A program made the translations under genes and the position numbers. 64,000 bases of DNA, taken from contig JALNYL010000001.1 in the NCBI GenBank assembly GCA_023229865.1, positions 87,008-151,007 on the forward strand. The letters run 5' to 3'. Origin of the DNA: Minisyncoccota bacterium. GTDB lineage: Bacteria; Patescibacteriota; Minisyncoccia; Phycocordibacterales; UBA1550. The notes beneath the pieces are model-generated. The model was given only the letters and a program-made list of their open reading frames with translations. It made no database searches and was not told where the DNA came from. Of the stretch, positions 16,352-26,585 are shown one piece after another. How positions within the stretch are numbered: the stretch's first letter is position 1; every line of letters starts with the position of its first letter.

Positions 16352-18028
16352 ATGCTACGCACACTACCCATCAGTATTATCCTTGGAACCATCGCGCTTT
16401 TCGCTCAAACAGCAGAAGCGGCTACCCTCTTCTTCACCCCGGGAAGCGGCGAATTTGGCATCAACAAGGAGATCGTTGTAGATCTCAAAATCGACAGCGA
16501 AGGAGCTGGTATCAATGCAGCACAAGCAACTCTTCGCTTCCCTAAAGACATCCTTGAAGTAAAATCTATCAACAAGACGGATTCGACTTTCAACTTCTGG
16601 CTTGAGGAGCCATCGTTTTCAAATACTGATGGCGTGATTTCATTTGTGGGCGGAACCCCGTACGGTATTTCCGGGGCATCTATCCAGGTACTTCACGTTG
16701 TGTTTACCACAAAGACGGGCGGCACAGCACCCCTCAATATCGTAGACGCGGCGGTGACAGCATCAGACGGTAGTGGTACCAATGTCCTCACCAAGACAAC
16801 CGATGCAACCTTTACGATTTCTCCCGCAAAAACAGCCCCTGCAGTAGTTGTCCCCCCAACACAAATCGTCCGCGAAGCGACACCCGCAGCAGGGCTACCC
16901 ACAACACCAGTATTGAATGTGCCATTCTACGCTGACCCAGCCCTTTGGTATAACCACAGCAATGTCTTTACTGCCTCATGGGAACTCCCTCGCGACGTTA
17001 CGGGAGTTGCAACGACACTCAATAACCAGCCAAATTTCACTCCAAACACAAACGAGGGTCTCTTTGACAACAAGATGTTCCAGCCTCTCGCTGACGGTGT
17101 GTCATATTTGCACGTACGTTTCAAAAACTCAATCGGCTGGGGAGGGACTGCTCATTACCGTATCGCCGTCGACACCAAAGCCCCTGTCCCCTTTGAAATT
17201 ACTTCAAGCGAGGGCGCCACGAGTGACAACCCGGCTCCGACACTCACCTTTGCCTCAAGCGACGCACTCTCAGGGATTCATGAATATCGCATCAAGACAG
17301 ACAACGAAGCATGGATAACTATCCCCTCAAAAGACTTCCAGGGCTCATACAAACTCTCTATTAAAAATCCTGGCACACATCACATTACAATCCAAGCAGT
17401 AGATAACGCGGGGAACAGTATTGAAAACACTCTCAATCACGAAACGCTTGCGCTTGTGTCACCAGTATTTACCTTTACCACAGAAACACTTTTCTCTGAC
17501 GAAACAAAAGGATTAACATTCAAAGGAACAGCGATTCCCTCTACTGAAATTCTCCTCTTAATCAAAAGAGATGGAGCAATTATTGCAAACAGCACTGTCA
17601 ACGTAAGCGCTAATGGGAATTGGGAATTTACTTTTGCAGACCCCCTTCGCAACGGCAAGTACATCGCAACCATTCAAAACAGAGACTCTCGCGGGGCGCT
17701 CTCTCTCGTAGTAACAGCACCAGAAATATCGGTCACAGGTCGTTATACTAACCTGGTTATCGTTCTTCTTCTTGTCCTTATTGTTACCATTATCGCTGGC
17801 TCATGGTTCTATAAGAATCGCCGAGAACGCACTGCGCTGCGTATTCAAATGGCAGAAAGAGACACTGCAAATGTTTTTAAAATGATCCAAGACGATGTCA
17901 AAAAACTCCAAGAGGCCCAAAAGAGCAACACTTCTGTTAATGCTGAGTTTATTGCTGAAAAAATTAACAAGAACGTAGAGAAGATGGGGAAATACATCAA
18001 AGACGAAATCGGTCGCGCAAAGGACTAA
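16352..18028 (+). CDS. Cohesin-domain protein with Ig-like stalk and C-terminal membrane anchor
   Basis: Signal peptide (AEA), N-terminal cohesin-like beta sandwich (INAAQATLRFPKDILEV...), Ig-like domains, TM segment LVIVLLLVLIVTIIAGSWFY and a helical cytoplasmic tail. Starts 1 nt after the dockerin gene. Confidence 0.78.
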   Translation: MLRTLPISIILGTIALFAQTAEAATLFFTPGSGEFGINKEIVVDLKIDSEGAGINAAQATLRFPKDILEVKSINKTDSTFNFWLEEPSFSNTDGVISFVGGTPYGISGASIQVLHVVFTTKTGGTAPLNIVDAAVTASDGSGTNVLTKTTDATFTISPAKTAPAVVVPPTQIVREATPAAGLPTTPVLNVPFYADPALWYNHSNVFTASWELPRDVTGVATTLNNQPNFTPNTNEGLFDNKMFQPLADGVSYLHVRFKNSIGWGGTAHYRIAVDTKAPVPFEITSSEGATSDNPAPTLTFASSDALSGIHEYRIKTDNEAWITIPSKDFQGSYKLSIKNPGTHHITIQAVDNAGNSIENTLNHETLALVSPVFTFTTETLFSDETKGLTFKGTAIPSTEILLLIKRDGAIIANSTVNVSANGNWEFTFADPLRNGKYIATIQNRDSRGALSLVVTAPEISVTGRYTNLVIVLLLVLIVTIIAGSWFYKNRRERTALRIQMAERDTANVFKMIQDDVKKLQEAQKSNTSVNAEFIAEKINKNVEKMGKYIKDEIGRAKD

Positions 18029-18042
18029 CCACACACACAAAC

Positions 18043-18070
18043 AATAATCCCGCCTTGTGGCGGGATTATT
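18043..18070. terminator. Terminator between convergent genes
   Basis: AATAATCCCGCC-TTGT-GGCGGGATTATT. Confidence 0.7.
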
Positions 18071-18078
18071 AATTATAG

Positions 18079-18501
18079 CTATTTTATCTTCTCAGCTTTG
18101 TCTTTACATCCGAGACAACGACAACCATACGGCTTAATATGCTCATCTACATACTCCTTGCCGTAGTCATAGGTAAATTCCTCCCCTGCCGCAATATTCT
18201 TTTTAGCCTGTACAAATACTCGGCCGCCAAAGATTTCTACTTCACAATTAGGCTTGTGAGAGTGATTGATGTAGCGAGCGGTATTTGAGCGCGCACTGCC
18301 ATCAATCATACGAGTCTTACTTGTTTCAAAAAGATAAAGGTTTTCCTTGTATTCTTCTACTTCCTTCTTGCCACTTATAATCTTTCCCACATATTCAATG
18401 ATCCACGTCCCTTTCTTTACAGGTTCTTCGGCAAAAAGCCCGAGCCCCGCACTTGAACGCTTCACTTTATATTTTACATCACCGATTTTTGGAATTGCCA
18501 T
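18079..18501 (-). CDS. SET-domain protein-lysine methyltransferase
   Basis: GLGLFA, IEYVG, ARYINHS, EEFTYDY and post-SET CRCLGC. Confidence 0.92.
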   Translation of the reverse strand: MAIPKIGDVKYKVKRSSAGLGLFAEEPVKKGTWIIEYVGKIISGKKEVEEYKENLYLFETSKTRMIDGSARSNTARYINHSHKPNCEVEIFGGRVFVQAKKNIAAGEEFTYDYGKEYVDEHIKPYGCRCLGCKDKAEKIK

Positions 18502-18543
18502 GATTGATTTTCTTAATGAGTTTACGAATTTTAGAAAATCATC

Positions 18544-18599
18544 ACCCCGTTAAATGATTTTTTACTAAAAATCCCTGCTTTGCAGGATTTAACTAGGGT
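18544..18599. repeat. Three-way-junction palindromic element
   Basis: Closing stem GTTAAAT/ATTTAAC encloses two abutting hairpins, GATTTTT-TACT-AAAAATC and CCTGC-TTT-GCAGG. Outer ACCC/GGGT pair. Confidence 0.65.
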
Positions 18600-18656
18600 A
18601 ATATATTTTTTATTTCGATAGTGTGTAGTATACGAGAAATAGTGTAAAATGCAAAG

Positions 18657-19931
18657 ATGAACGAGATCTCAAAAAAAGAACTTTCTTGCGACGTCGCAGT
18701 TGTCGGCGGTGGCCCAGCAGGAATGATGGCGGCTATCCACGCAGCTCAAGAAGGGGCTAGTGTTATTCTCGTTGAGAAAAACAAATCTCTCGGACAAAAA
18801 CTTCTCATTACAGGAGGCGGTCGCTGTAACGTAACCAACGCAACTTTCGACAATCGCGCTCTCGCACAAAAATACGGCCCCAAAGGCAAATTCCTCCTTT
18901 CCCCATTTTCAAAATGGAACGCGCAAGACACCGTAGACTTCTTTGAGTCACACGGCATGCCGACGAAGATTGAGCTCGGGAATCGTGTATTCCCCGTGAG
19001 TGACTCTGCGCAAAGTGTTTGGGGTGTTTTGGTGGCGCTCCTCAAATCTCATCAAGTAAAGATTCTTACCAGCTCCCCTGTTCTCAAAATAAAATCTTCA
19101 AAGGGGCGTATTGTGCATCTCGAAACCGAGGATGCGATCATTTCCGCAAAATCATTTATCATCACCACTGGCGGCACAGCGCGCCCAGAAACAGGATCAT
19201 CGGGCGACGGCTTCAAATGGCTTGCAAAGCTCGGGCACACCATCATTCCGCCCAATGCGGCGCTTGTCCCCGTTAAAACCGCAGAGGAATGGACACACCG
19301 TCTCCAAGGGCTCGCCCTCACCGATACGAAAATTACCCTCATCATAAACAACGTCCGCGCGGTCTCAAAAACAGGGCGAATGCTTTTCACACATTTCGGA
19401 CTTTCGGGGCCACTCGTACTCAACATGAGTCAGTCAATCGGTGAAGCACTTCGTGATGGAGCGACCACCGTACTTGAGCTCGACCTTTTCCCTTCGCTTG
19501 ACCACAAGGCACTCGACGAAAAACTTCGCACGCACCTCGCAAGCGCACAAAACAAAAAATGGACAAACGCACTTTCGGGATTCGTACCACCCCTCCTTGC
19601 CCCTGTCCTTGTTGAGCTTTCAGAGATTGATGGAGAATTACTCGTCAACAAAATCCCCCGCGACGCGCGCCTCGCCTTTATAAAGAAGCTCAAGGCACTC
19701 ACCATAACCCCCATCGGGCTTCTTGGTGCCGACAAGGCGATCGTTTCTTCTGGCGGTGTCGCTCTTACAGAAGTTGATTTCAAGACAATGCGTTCCCAAA
19801 AAGTCGAAAATCTTTACCTCGCGGGCGACATCCTCGACTTTGAGCGCCCCTCAGGCGGCTTCAGTCTTCAGATTTGTTGGACAACAGGGTTTATCGCAGG
19901 AACCGAGACCGCACAACACAAAATGCAATAG
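18657..19931 (+). CDS. HI0933/YhiN/BaiN-family NAD(P)/FAD-dependent oxidoreductase
   Basis: GGGPAG, KLLITGGGRCNVTN, GRMLFTHFGLSGP, GGFSLQICW. Confidence 0.93.
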   Translation: MNEISKKELSCDVAVVGGGPAGMMAAIHAAQEGASVILVEKNKSLGQKLLITGGGRCNVTNATFDNRALAQKYGPKGKFLLSPFSKWNAQDTVDFFESHGMPTKIELGNRVFPVSDSAQSVWGVLVALLKSHQVKILTSSPVLKIKSSKGRIVHLETEDAIISAKSFIITTGGTARPETGSSGDGFKWLAKLGHTIIPPNAALVPVKTAEEWTHRLQGLALTDTKITLIINNVRAVSKTGRMLFTHFGLSGPLVLNMSQSIGEALRDGATTVLELDLFPSLDHKALDEKLRTHLASAQNKKWTNALSGFVPPLLAPVLVELSEIDGELLVNKIPRDARLAFIKKLKALTITPIGLLGADKAIVSSGGVALTEVDFKTMRSQKVENLYLAGDILDFERPSGGFSLQICWTTGFIAGTETAQHKMQ

Positions 19932-19984
19932 CCACACACAAAGCGGAGGTGTATAATGAGGATACATCAGTTAAATCAACCCCT

Positions 19985-21196
19985 ATGTACCCCAATCAAA
20001 AAACCAAACCTGTAGGACGTCGCGCGCTTATTGCGATTGCAATCGTTGTTATTATTTTTAGTATCGGAATTTCTTTCTTCTTTGCGCGAGAGAGTGAACG
20101 TTTCTTCTGGGAGGCCCGCACCAAATCAGTAGCCCAAGAAGTCGCCGAGGTAAGCGACCACGTGCTCAAGGAGAATTACATCGCTCGCTGGACCGAAGCA
20201 AGCTCTACTCCCCACCTTCAAGCATTCGCTCAAGGAATAGAGCGCGAGATCCCCACTATTGCGGCGGTAAGAATTTTCACAACCGACGCTGTGGTTGTTT
20301 GGTCTGACATCAGCGATATAAGTATTGGTGATACCGAGGAGGATCTCATCGCCCTAGAACCCGAGCTTCGCAAAAACGGAATTGCCATCGAAGAAGCTGG
20401 TGAGGGAGCAAAGGAAATCCTTGGGAAAAATAACCTGCTTGAAATTTATGCGGTTATCAAAGACCGTAATGGACAAATTATCGGATTTATTGAGTGCTAT
20501 TTTGACAGTAGCGACATTGCCGCCTTCGTCAACAAAACTCACGTCGCAATTATCGGCAGTATCATCACTGGCATTCTCCTTATCGTTTTCTTCTTAAGGG
20601 TTATCCTCCGACGACAAGACGATATTATTGTTCGACAAGCCTACGAACTCTCAAGTCTTGTAGATCAATCCCCCCTTGGTATTTACACCGTAGACATAAA
20701 TGGGAAGATCCTCTCTATTAATCACAAGATGCTAGAGATTCTCGAAGAAACAAGCCCAGAAAATATTTTTGATAAAAAAGTTTGGGACATTAAATCTATT
20801 ATGGCGGCCAACATTGAGGGGCTTTTGCGCGGAGTACTCACGGGAGTTCCTTTCAATAAAGAGATAAAAGTTACTCGTAGAGACGCAAGTGAGTCATACC
20901 TTCACTACCGCGGAACCCCTATTTTGGGAAGCGACGGGAAGACGGTTGAGCAAGCACTTTTTATTGTTGAAGACATCACCGAACACAAAAATCTCGAAAA
21001 AAGAGAAGAGGAGCACACGAAGGAGCTTGAGGAAGGGGTCGCAAAACGCACCAAAGAACTTCAGGATAAAATCGACGAGCTCGAGCAATTCCAAAAACTA
21101 ACGATTGGGCGCGAAATTCGCATGACCGAACTCAAGCAAGAAATGGAAACAATGGAGAAGAAAATCACAGACCTTGAAGCGCGCGCTTCTCAGTAA
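19985..21196 (+). CDS. Membrane sensor (2 TM, ectodomain, PAS) ending in a coiled coil, with no catalytic output domain
   Basis: TM-ectodomain-TM, PAS (DQSPLGIY...EDITEHK) and terminal ELEQFQKLTIGREIRMTELKQEM. Confidence 0.8.
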   Translation: MYPNQKTKPVGRRALIAIAIVVIIFSIGISFFFARESERFFWEARTKSVAQEVAEVSDHVLKENYIARWTEASSTPHLQAFAQGIEREIPTIAAVRIFTTDAVVVWSDISDISIGDTEEDLIALEPELRKNGIAIEEAGEGAKEILGKNNLLEIYAVIKDRNGQIIGFIECYFDSSDIAAFVNKTHVAIIGSIITGILLIVFFLRVILRRQDDIIVRQAYELSSLVDQSPLGIYTVDINGKILSINHKMLEILEETSPENIFDKKVWDIKSIMAANIEGLLRGVLTGVPFNKEIKVTRRDASESYLHYRGTPILGSDGKTVEQALFIVEDITEHKNLEKREEEHTKELEEGVAKRTKELQDKIDELEQFQKLTIGREIRMTELKQEMETMEKKITDLEARASQ

Positions 21197-21206
21197 ACCT
21201 TTCATT

Positions 21207-23081
21207 ATGGACAACGATCGCATTGACTTCAAAAAAGCATTTCGCTTCGAAGCATCACTTGTTGTTCTTTTCCTTGCGACATTCGTATTATATTTTTCAA
21301 AACTACTCCCTCACGAACTCGAGGAGGCGGTGTTTATTATCGTAGGACTTGCAGGGGTTATCCCTGTGGCAAAAAGCGCACTTGAGTCTCTTTTTGAGAA
21401 GAGGATTAACGTTGATCTTCTTGCTGCTATCGCACTCTTCTTCTCTTTTATAAGCGAGGAGTGGGGGTCGATGCTCTTTATCAACCTCATGCTCACTGGG
21501 GCGCGCATGCTTGACCTCTACACCAAGAGGCGTGTCCGCCTCTCTCTCGAGAGTCTTATGAAACTAAAGCCAGTGAAGGCGCGCGTGCTGCGCGAAGGGA
21601 AACCGATTGAAATCCCCCTGAGCGAGGTCCGCATCGGTGACCTTGTCATTGTAAACCTCGGCGAGCAAATCCCTGTTGATGGAGTCGTGTTTGATGGTTC
21701 CGCGACCATAAACCAAGCATCTCTCACGGGAGAATCTTTCCCTGTTTTGAAAGAAGTAAATTCTTCCGTACTTGCAGCGACCGTAGTCGTTTCGGGGAAT
21801 ATCATCATTCGCACAGAACACATCGGCACCGCGACAACATTTGAGCGCATGATCAAGCTCGTCGAAGCATCTCATCAAGCGAAGACAAGGATGAAGACGC
21901 TCGCGGAACGTTTTGCGAGTTGGTATATCGGGATCATGCTTCTCGTCGCAGTCATTCTCTTCTTGGTGACCAACGATACACGCCTCGTCCTCGCTGTCGT
22001 GCTCGTTGTTTGCGCTGACGACATTGCCATTGCTGTTCCCCTCGCCTACATCGTCGCAATAGGCACTGCCGCACGACATGGAATCGTTATCAAGAGTGCT
22101 GATTTTCTTGAGCAAGCATCAAAATTAACCACACTTATTGTCGACAAAACAGGGACCCTCACACTCGGGAAGCTTGCAGTAGCGACCATCCACCGGTTCA
22201 ATAACTACGACGAGTCCACCCTTCTTAAAACCGCGAGTGCCCTCTGTGCCCGTTCAAACCACCCCGTATCAGTAGCTATTCGTGAGCATGCAAAAGAAAA
22301 AGGATTTACCGAAGAGGCTCTTCAGCAATTCAAAGAAATCGAAGGCCGCGGACTTGTGGGCAAAAACAAAAATGGAGAACAAATAATGCTCGGGCGTCTT
22401 GAATTCTTGGACGAAAACGGGATTGGTGTAGATAGCGAAGTGGGGAATATTCTTACTGACGGTATACTCAAAGGAAACAACATGACACTCCTTGCGATCA
22501 ATGATCGCATCGTGGGAATCTTTGCCCTCGAAGATGAAGTTCGAAGCGGGATGCAAAATACAATACAGACGCTCAAAAACCGCGGTATCAAAGAAATCAT
22601 CATGCTCACGGGCGACAACGAGGGCACGGCGAAAAATATCGCCGCAAAACTTGGTATTGATAAATATTATTCAAAGCTAATGCCTGAGCACAAAGTCTTT
22701 GTGCTCAAAGACCATCTTGGTAAAAACAATCGTATTGTAGGGATGGTGGGCGACGGCGTCAACGATGCAGCTGTCCTCGCGCAAGCTGACGTCGGTATCG
22801 CGATGGGAAGAATCGGCACCGACGCGGCAATCGAATCAGCGGATATCGTCCTTATGCAAGATGACTTCGGGAAAATTCTTGAGGTCCGTGAAATTTCAGA
22901 AAAAGTACGTAATATTGTGCGAGGAAACTTCCTTATCTGGGGAGTGGTCAACGCCATCGGCCTCTACTTTGTTTTTATCCACGTCTTTGGCCCATCGCAA
23001 GCAGCGCTCTATAACTTCCTCACCGACTTCATCCCTATCGCCAACTCACTCCGTATGTTCCAAAGCAAAAAATTGGTATAA
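21207..23081 (+). CDS. Heavy-metal-type (P1B) P-type ATPase with atypical CADD motif
   Basis: TGES, DKTGTLT, NHP, MLTGD, GDGVNDA. The TM segment has VVCADD where CPx is usual. Confidence 0.9.
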   Translation: MDNDRIDFKKAFRFEASLVVLFLATFVLYFSKLLPHELEEAVFIIVGLAGVIPVAKSALESLFEKRINVDLLAAIALFFSFISEEWGSMLFINLMLTGARMLDLYTKRRVRLSLESLMKLKPVKARVLREGKPIEIPLSEVRIGDLVIVNLGEQIPVDGVVFDGSATINQASLTGESFPVLKEVNSSVLAATVVVSGNIIIRTEHIGTATTFERMIKLVEASHQAKTRMKTLAERFASWYIGIMLLVAVILFLVTNDTRLVLAVVLVVCADDIAIAVPLAYIVAIGTAARHGIVIKSADFLEQASKLTTLIVDKTGTLTLGKLAVATIHRFNNYDESTLLKTASALCARSNHPVSVAIREHAKEKGFTEEALQQFKEIEGRGLVGKNKNGEQIMLGRLEFLDENGIGVDSEVGNILTDGILKGNNMTLLAINDRIVGIFALEDEVRSGMQNTIQTLKNRGIKEIIMLTGDNEGTAKNIAAKLGIDKYYSKLMPEHKVFVLKDHLGKNNRIVGMVGDGVNDAAVLAQADVGIAMGRIGTDAAIESADIVLMQDDFGKILEVREISEKVRNIVRGNFLIWGVVNAIGLYFVFIHVFGPSQAALYNFLTDFIPIANSLRMFQSKKLV

Positions 23082-23088
23082 TAAACTT

Positions 23089-24594
23089 ATGCAGCTATCT
23101 AAAAAACATTTTATTATTGGCGGAGTTGTGGGAGCGATTATCATCGGCGGATTTATTATTACCAACAAAAAAGAAACTACGTTACCAGGCACAACAGTTG
23201 TAAAATATGGCAACATTGTTCAAGAAGTCAGTGTTACTGGTCGTGTAAAATCAACTACTACGGTTGATCTTGGTTTTGAAAAAAGTGGTCGTGTTGCGGG
23301 AGTTTATACTGCTGTCGGAAAGCACATAGAAGCGGGGAAAATTCTTGCCGAGATAGAATCTTCAAGTGCGGAAGGAAGTCTCCGTGAAGCAGAAGCGCGC
23401 CTTGCCGAACTCAAGCGCGGATCTCGCCCCGAAGAGCTCGCGGTCAAAAAAGCCGAACTTGCAAAATACACCCAAGACCTCACGAGTGCGTACGAAGGCG
23501 CCACGGATGTCTTGAGCGATGCTTTTACTAAAGCGGATGATGCCCTTCATGGCAAAACATCAGCAATCCTTTCTGGTGGAAAAACCTCATCATACAAATA
23601 CACATTTTCAATTTGTGACAGCCAGCTCACCACCGATGGTGAGTGGCTCCGCTACACAAGCGAAGTCGATCTCGACATATGGCGCAAAGAAAACCTCGCC
23701 TTCCCCACCACCCCATCTCATGAAGATTTGATACAGGCACTTGATCGCACAAAAGCACACCTCGAAAAAATCCTCGCGTTCCTTGAATCAGCGGGACACG
23801 CACTCTCTCTTGATTGCACCGTCTCCAACACCACACTCGACGCTCATCGCACCAATATCAACACCGCGCGCACAAATGTAAATACCGCACTTTCAAGCGT
23901 AAATACAAAAGCACAGTCAATTGCGGCACTTGTTCTTACGGTGCAAAAAGTAAAAAATGAGCTCTCACTTCTCGAAGCAGGCACTGCAAGCGAGGTCATT
24001 GCTGCACAAGAAGCGCGTGTCCTTAGCGCACGCGGAGAACTTGCAAAATATCGCATTGTCGCGCCAATCTCGGGGGTGGTAACGAAAGCAGGGATCGAAG
24101 TTGGAGAAGGTTCGACAATGGGCACCACGGTATTTTCAATTATCTCAGACACATCATTCAAAGCCGAATCACATGTGCCTGAGGCAGACATCGCAAAAAT
24201 AAAACTTGGCGACATGGCAAAGGTAACGCTCGACGCGTACGGCCCCGATGTTGTTTTTGAAGCACGTGTTACCGAAATAGAACCAGCGGAAACCATCGTC
24301 GACAACGTCCCTACCTACAAAACAACATTCCACTTTACTCAAAACGATCCACGCATCAAGTCAGGGATGACCGCCAATATCGACGTAAGGACCGCCTCGC
24401 GCGAAAACGCACTCTATGTTCCTGAGCGCGCGATTATCAACAAAAATGGTGAAAAGTTCATCCGCGTGGTCGCGAGCGACAATACGACAACCGACGTGGT
24501 CGTAACCACGGGGCTCAAAGGTTCTGATGGCTCTATTGAGGTCCTTACGGGCGTCAAACAAGGCGATACCATCATTATGGCACCCAAGGACTAA
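23089..24594 (+). CDS. MacA-like membrane fusion (adaptor) protein
   Basis: N-terminal TM, lipoyl halves (SGRVAGV, IVAPISGVV), long hairpin coiled coil, IKSGMTA. Confidence 0.88.
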   Translation: MQLSKKHFIIGGVVGAIIIGGFIITNKKETTLPGTTVVKYGNIVQEVSVTGRVKSTTTVDLGFEKSGRVAGVYTAVGKHIEAGKILAEIESSSAEGSLREAEARLAELKRGSRPEELAVKKAELAKYTQDLTSAYEGATDVLSDAFTKADDALHGKTSAILSGGKTSSYKYTFSICDSQLTTDGEWLRYTSEVDLDIWRKENLAFPTTPSHEDLIQALDRTKAHLEKILAFLESAGHALSLDCTVSNTTLDAHRTNINTARTNVNTALSSVNTKAQSIAALVLTVQKVKNELSLLEAGTASEVIAAQEARVLSARGELAKYRIVAPISGVVTKAGIEVGEGSTMGTTVFSIISDTSFKAESHVPEADIAKIKLGDMAKVTLDAYGPDVVFEARVTEIEPAETIVDNVPTYKTTFHFTQNDPRIKSGMTANIDVRTASRENALYVPERAIINKNGEKFIRVVASDNTTTDVVVTTGLKGSDGSIEVLTGVKQGDTIIMAPKD

Positions 24595-24625
24595 TTTACC
24601 CCTATCCCCTTTCCTAGCTCAAAAT

Positions 24626-25348
24626 ATGCCTCTTCTTGAAGTAAAAAATCTAATCAAAATCTACAAAAACGACGAGGTAGAAACTCCCGTTCTTCATGGT
24701 GTTTCTTTTTCAATCAACCGCGGGGAGTTCGTGGCAATCATGGGGCCATCTGGCTCTGGGAAATCCACCCTTCTCCACGTCCTCGGGTTTCTCGACGGCT
24801 ACACCGATGGTTCATATCGATTTGAAGACCAAGAAGCAAGCACTTACACAGGCGACGATACTGCGCATATCCGCAACAAAAAGCTTGGGTTCGTGTTTCA
24901 GTCGTTCAATCTCCTCCCGCACGCAACCGTATTCGAAAACGTACGCCTCCCCCTCTTTTATTCAGACATTCCAGAAGCTGAGTGGGACAAACGCACAAAA
25001 GAATCCATCGATCTTGTTGGGCTTTCTCATCGCACAGATTTCGACGTCACACGCCTTTCGGGCGGAGAGAAACAACGCGTCGCCATCGCGCGCGCACTCG
25101 TATGTAATCCTGATGTGATTTTTGCCGACGAGCCCACGGGTAACCTTGATTCAAAATCAGGGGGCAGCGTAATGCAGACACTCCAGGATCTCAACGAAAA
25201 ACACGGTCACACCATCATTCTCATTACTCACGAGACATACACCGCGGAGCACGCGAAACGCATTATTCGTATCAAGGACGGGCTGATTGAAAGTGATACT
25301 GAGGTCGCAGAACGTCGTCACACAAACGGAGGGGTCCTCATGAAATAA
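24626..25348 (+). CDS. ABC transporter ATP-binding protein (MacB/LolD type)
   Basis: [33 protein letters not shown]. Confidence 0.95.
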   Translation: MPLLEVKNLIKIYKNDEVETPVLHGVSFSINRGEFVAIMGPSGSGKSTLLHVLGFLDGYTDGSYRFEDQEASTYTGDDTAHIRNKKLGFVFQSFNLLPHATVFENVRLPLFYSDIPEAEWDKRTKESIDLVGLSHRTDFDVTRLSGGEKQRVAIARALVCNPDVIFADEPTGNLDSKSGGSVMQTLQDLNEKHGHTIILITHETYTAEHAKRIIRIKDGLIESDTEVAERRHTNGGVLMK

Positions 25349-25349
25349 T

Positions 25350-26585
25350 ATGAAACTCAAACATAGTCTAAAAACTGCATACCGAGGCCTCGAGCAAAAT
25401 CGCGCGCGTTCGATTCTCACCATTTTGGGTATCGTGATTGGTGTCACTGCGATTATTCTCGTTATGTCACTCGGCCAGGGGGCACAAAATCTCATCCTTG
25501 ATCAAGTGGAGGGGATGGGTACCCGCACGATTATCGTGGGTGCAGGTCGCGAGCCGACAGGACCATCAGATGCAGGGCAAATATTTAGTGATTCTCTTAA
25601 AAGAAAAGATCTTGAGCTTCTTGAGCGCCGAGAAAACACGCCAAGCTTGAGATATGTCGTCCCTATCGTGTTTGGGGTATCAGATGCGTCTTACCTGAGT
25701 GATACCTTTAATCTCACTATCTTTGGTACCGACCCAACAATGGAAGAAATCTTTGATATGCCCCTCAAGGCGGGTTCATTCTTTACTGAGGAGGATGTGC
25801 GTGCGCGTGCAAAATACGTAGTTATCGGCAACAAGGTAAAGACAGAGCTCTTTGGTGCGGACGATGCCTTAGGAAAGATTATCAAGATGAAGGGTCACAA
25901 CTTCCGCGTCGTAGGTATCATCGCTGAGCGCGGGCAGGATATTTTCAACTTTGACGAAGCGGCTATTATCCCCTACACCACAGCCCAAGACTACATCCTC
26001 GGTATCAAATATTTCAATCGTTTCCTCACACAAGCACAGAGCGAAGAACTCATCACGGAGGCGGCAGAGGAAATAAAACTTACCCTTCGCGAATCTCATG
26101 ACCTCACCCGCGACGACAAGGATGACTTTTTTGTGGTTACGCAAGTAGACCTCGCGGGGCGTCTTTCAGCGATTACCTCAGTGCTTACTATTTTCCTTGC
26201 TGCTGTTGCCGCAATATCGCTCATCGTGGGAGGAATCGGCATTATGAATATTATGCTCGTTTCGGTCACTGAGCGCACAAAAGAAATAGGCCTTCGCAAG
26301 GCCCTCGGCGCAACTTACAAAAATATTCTTACACAGTTTTTGCTTGAGGCAGTAATCCTCACCGGGATGGGTGGTATCGTGGGTATCCTTTTGGGAGCAT
26401 TCCTCTCGTGGGCAATATCCGCTGGGATAGCGCAATTCACTACAATTGCTTGGACGTTTAGTTTCCCTGTTTCTGCGGCACTCCTCGGACTTGGAGTTTC
26501 GGGAATCATTGGCCTTGTATTCGGCCTCTACCCTGCTCGCGCCGCAGCCCGCAAGAGCCCTATCGACGCACTGAGATACGAGTAA
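25350..26585 (+). CDS. MacB/FtsX-family ABC permease
   Basis: RSILTILGIVIG, GGIGIMNIMLVSVTERTKEIGLRKALGA, PIDALRYE. Confidence 0.95.
   Translation: MKLKHSLKTAYRGLEQNRARSILTILGIVIGVTAIILVMSLGQGAQNLILDQVEGMGTRTIIVGAGREPTGPSDAGQIFSDSLKRKDLELLERRENTPSLRYVVPIVFGVSDASYLSDTFNLTIFGTDPTMEEIFDMPLKAGSFFTEEDVRARAKYVVIGNKVKTELFGADDALGKIIKMKGHNFRVVGIIAERGQDIFNFDEAAIIPYTTAQDYILGIKYFNRFLTQAQSEELITEAAEEIKLTLRESHDLTRDDKDDFFVVTQVDLAGRLSAITSVLTIFLAAVAAISLIVGGIGIMNIMLVSVTERTKEIGLRKALGATYKNILTQFLLEAVILTGMGGIVGILLGAFLSWAISAGIAQFTTIAWTFSFPVSAALLGLGVSGIIGLVFGLYPARAAARKSPIDALRYE

Noticed and set aside
18549-18593. Integron attC site
   Set aside because: The GTTRRRY and RYYYAAC boxes are in the reverse order for attC, and there is no integrase or cassette array.
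22765-23088. Long N-terminal extension of the MacA-like ORF
   Set aside because: It overlaps the ATPase in another frame. TATAAT and the TM position support ATG 23089.
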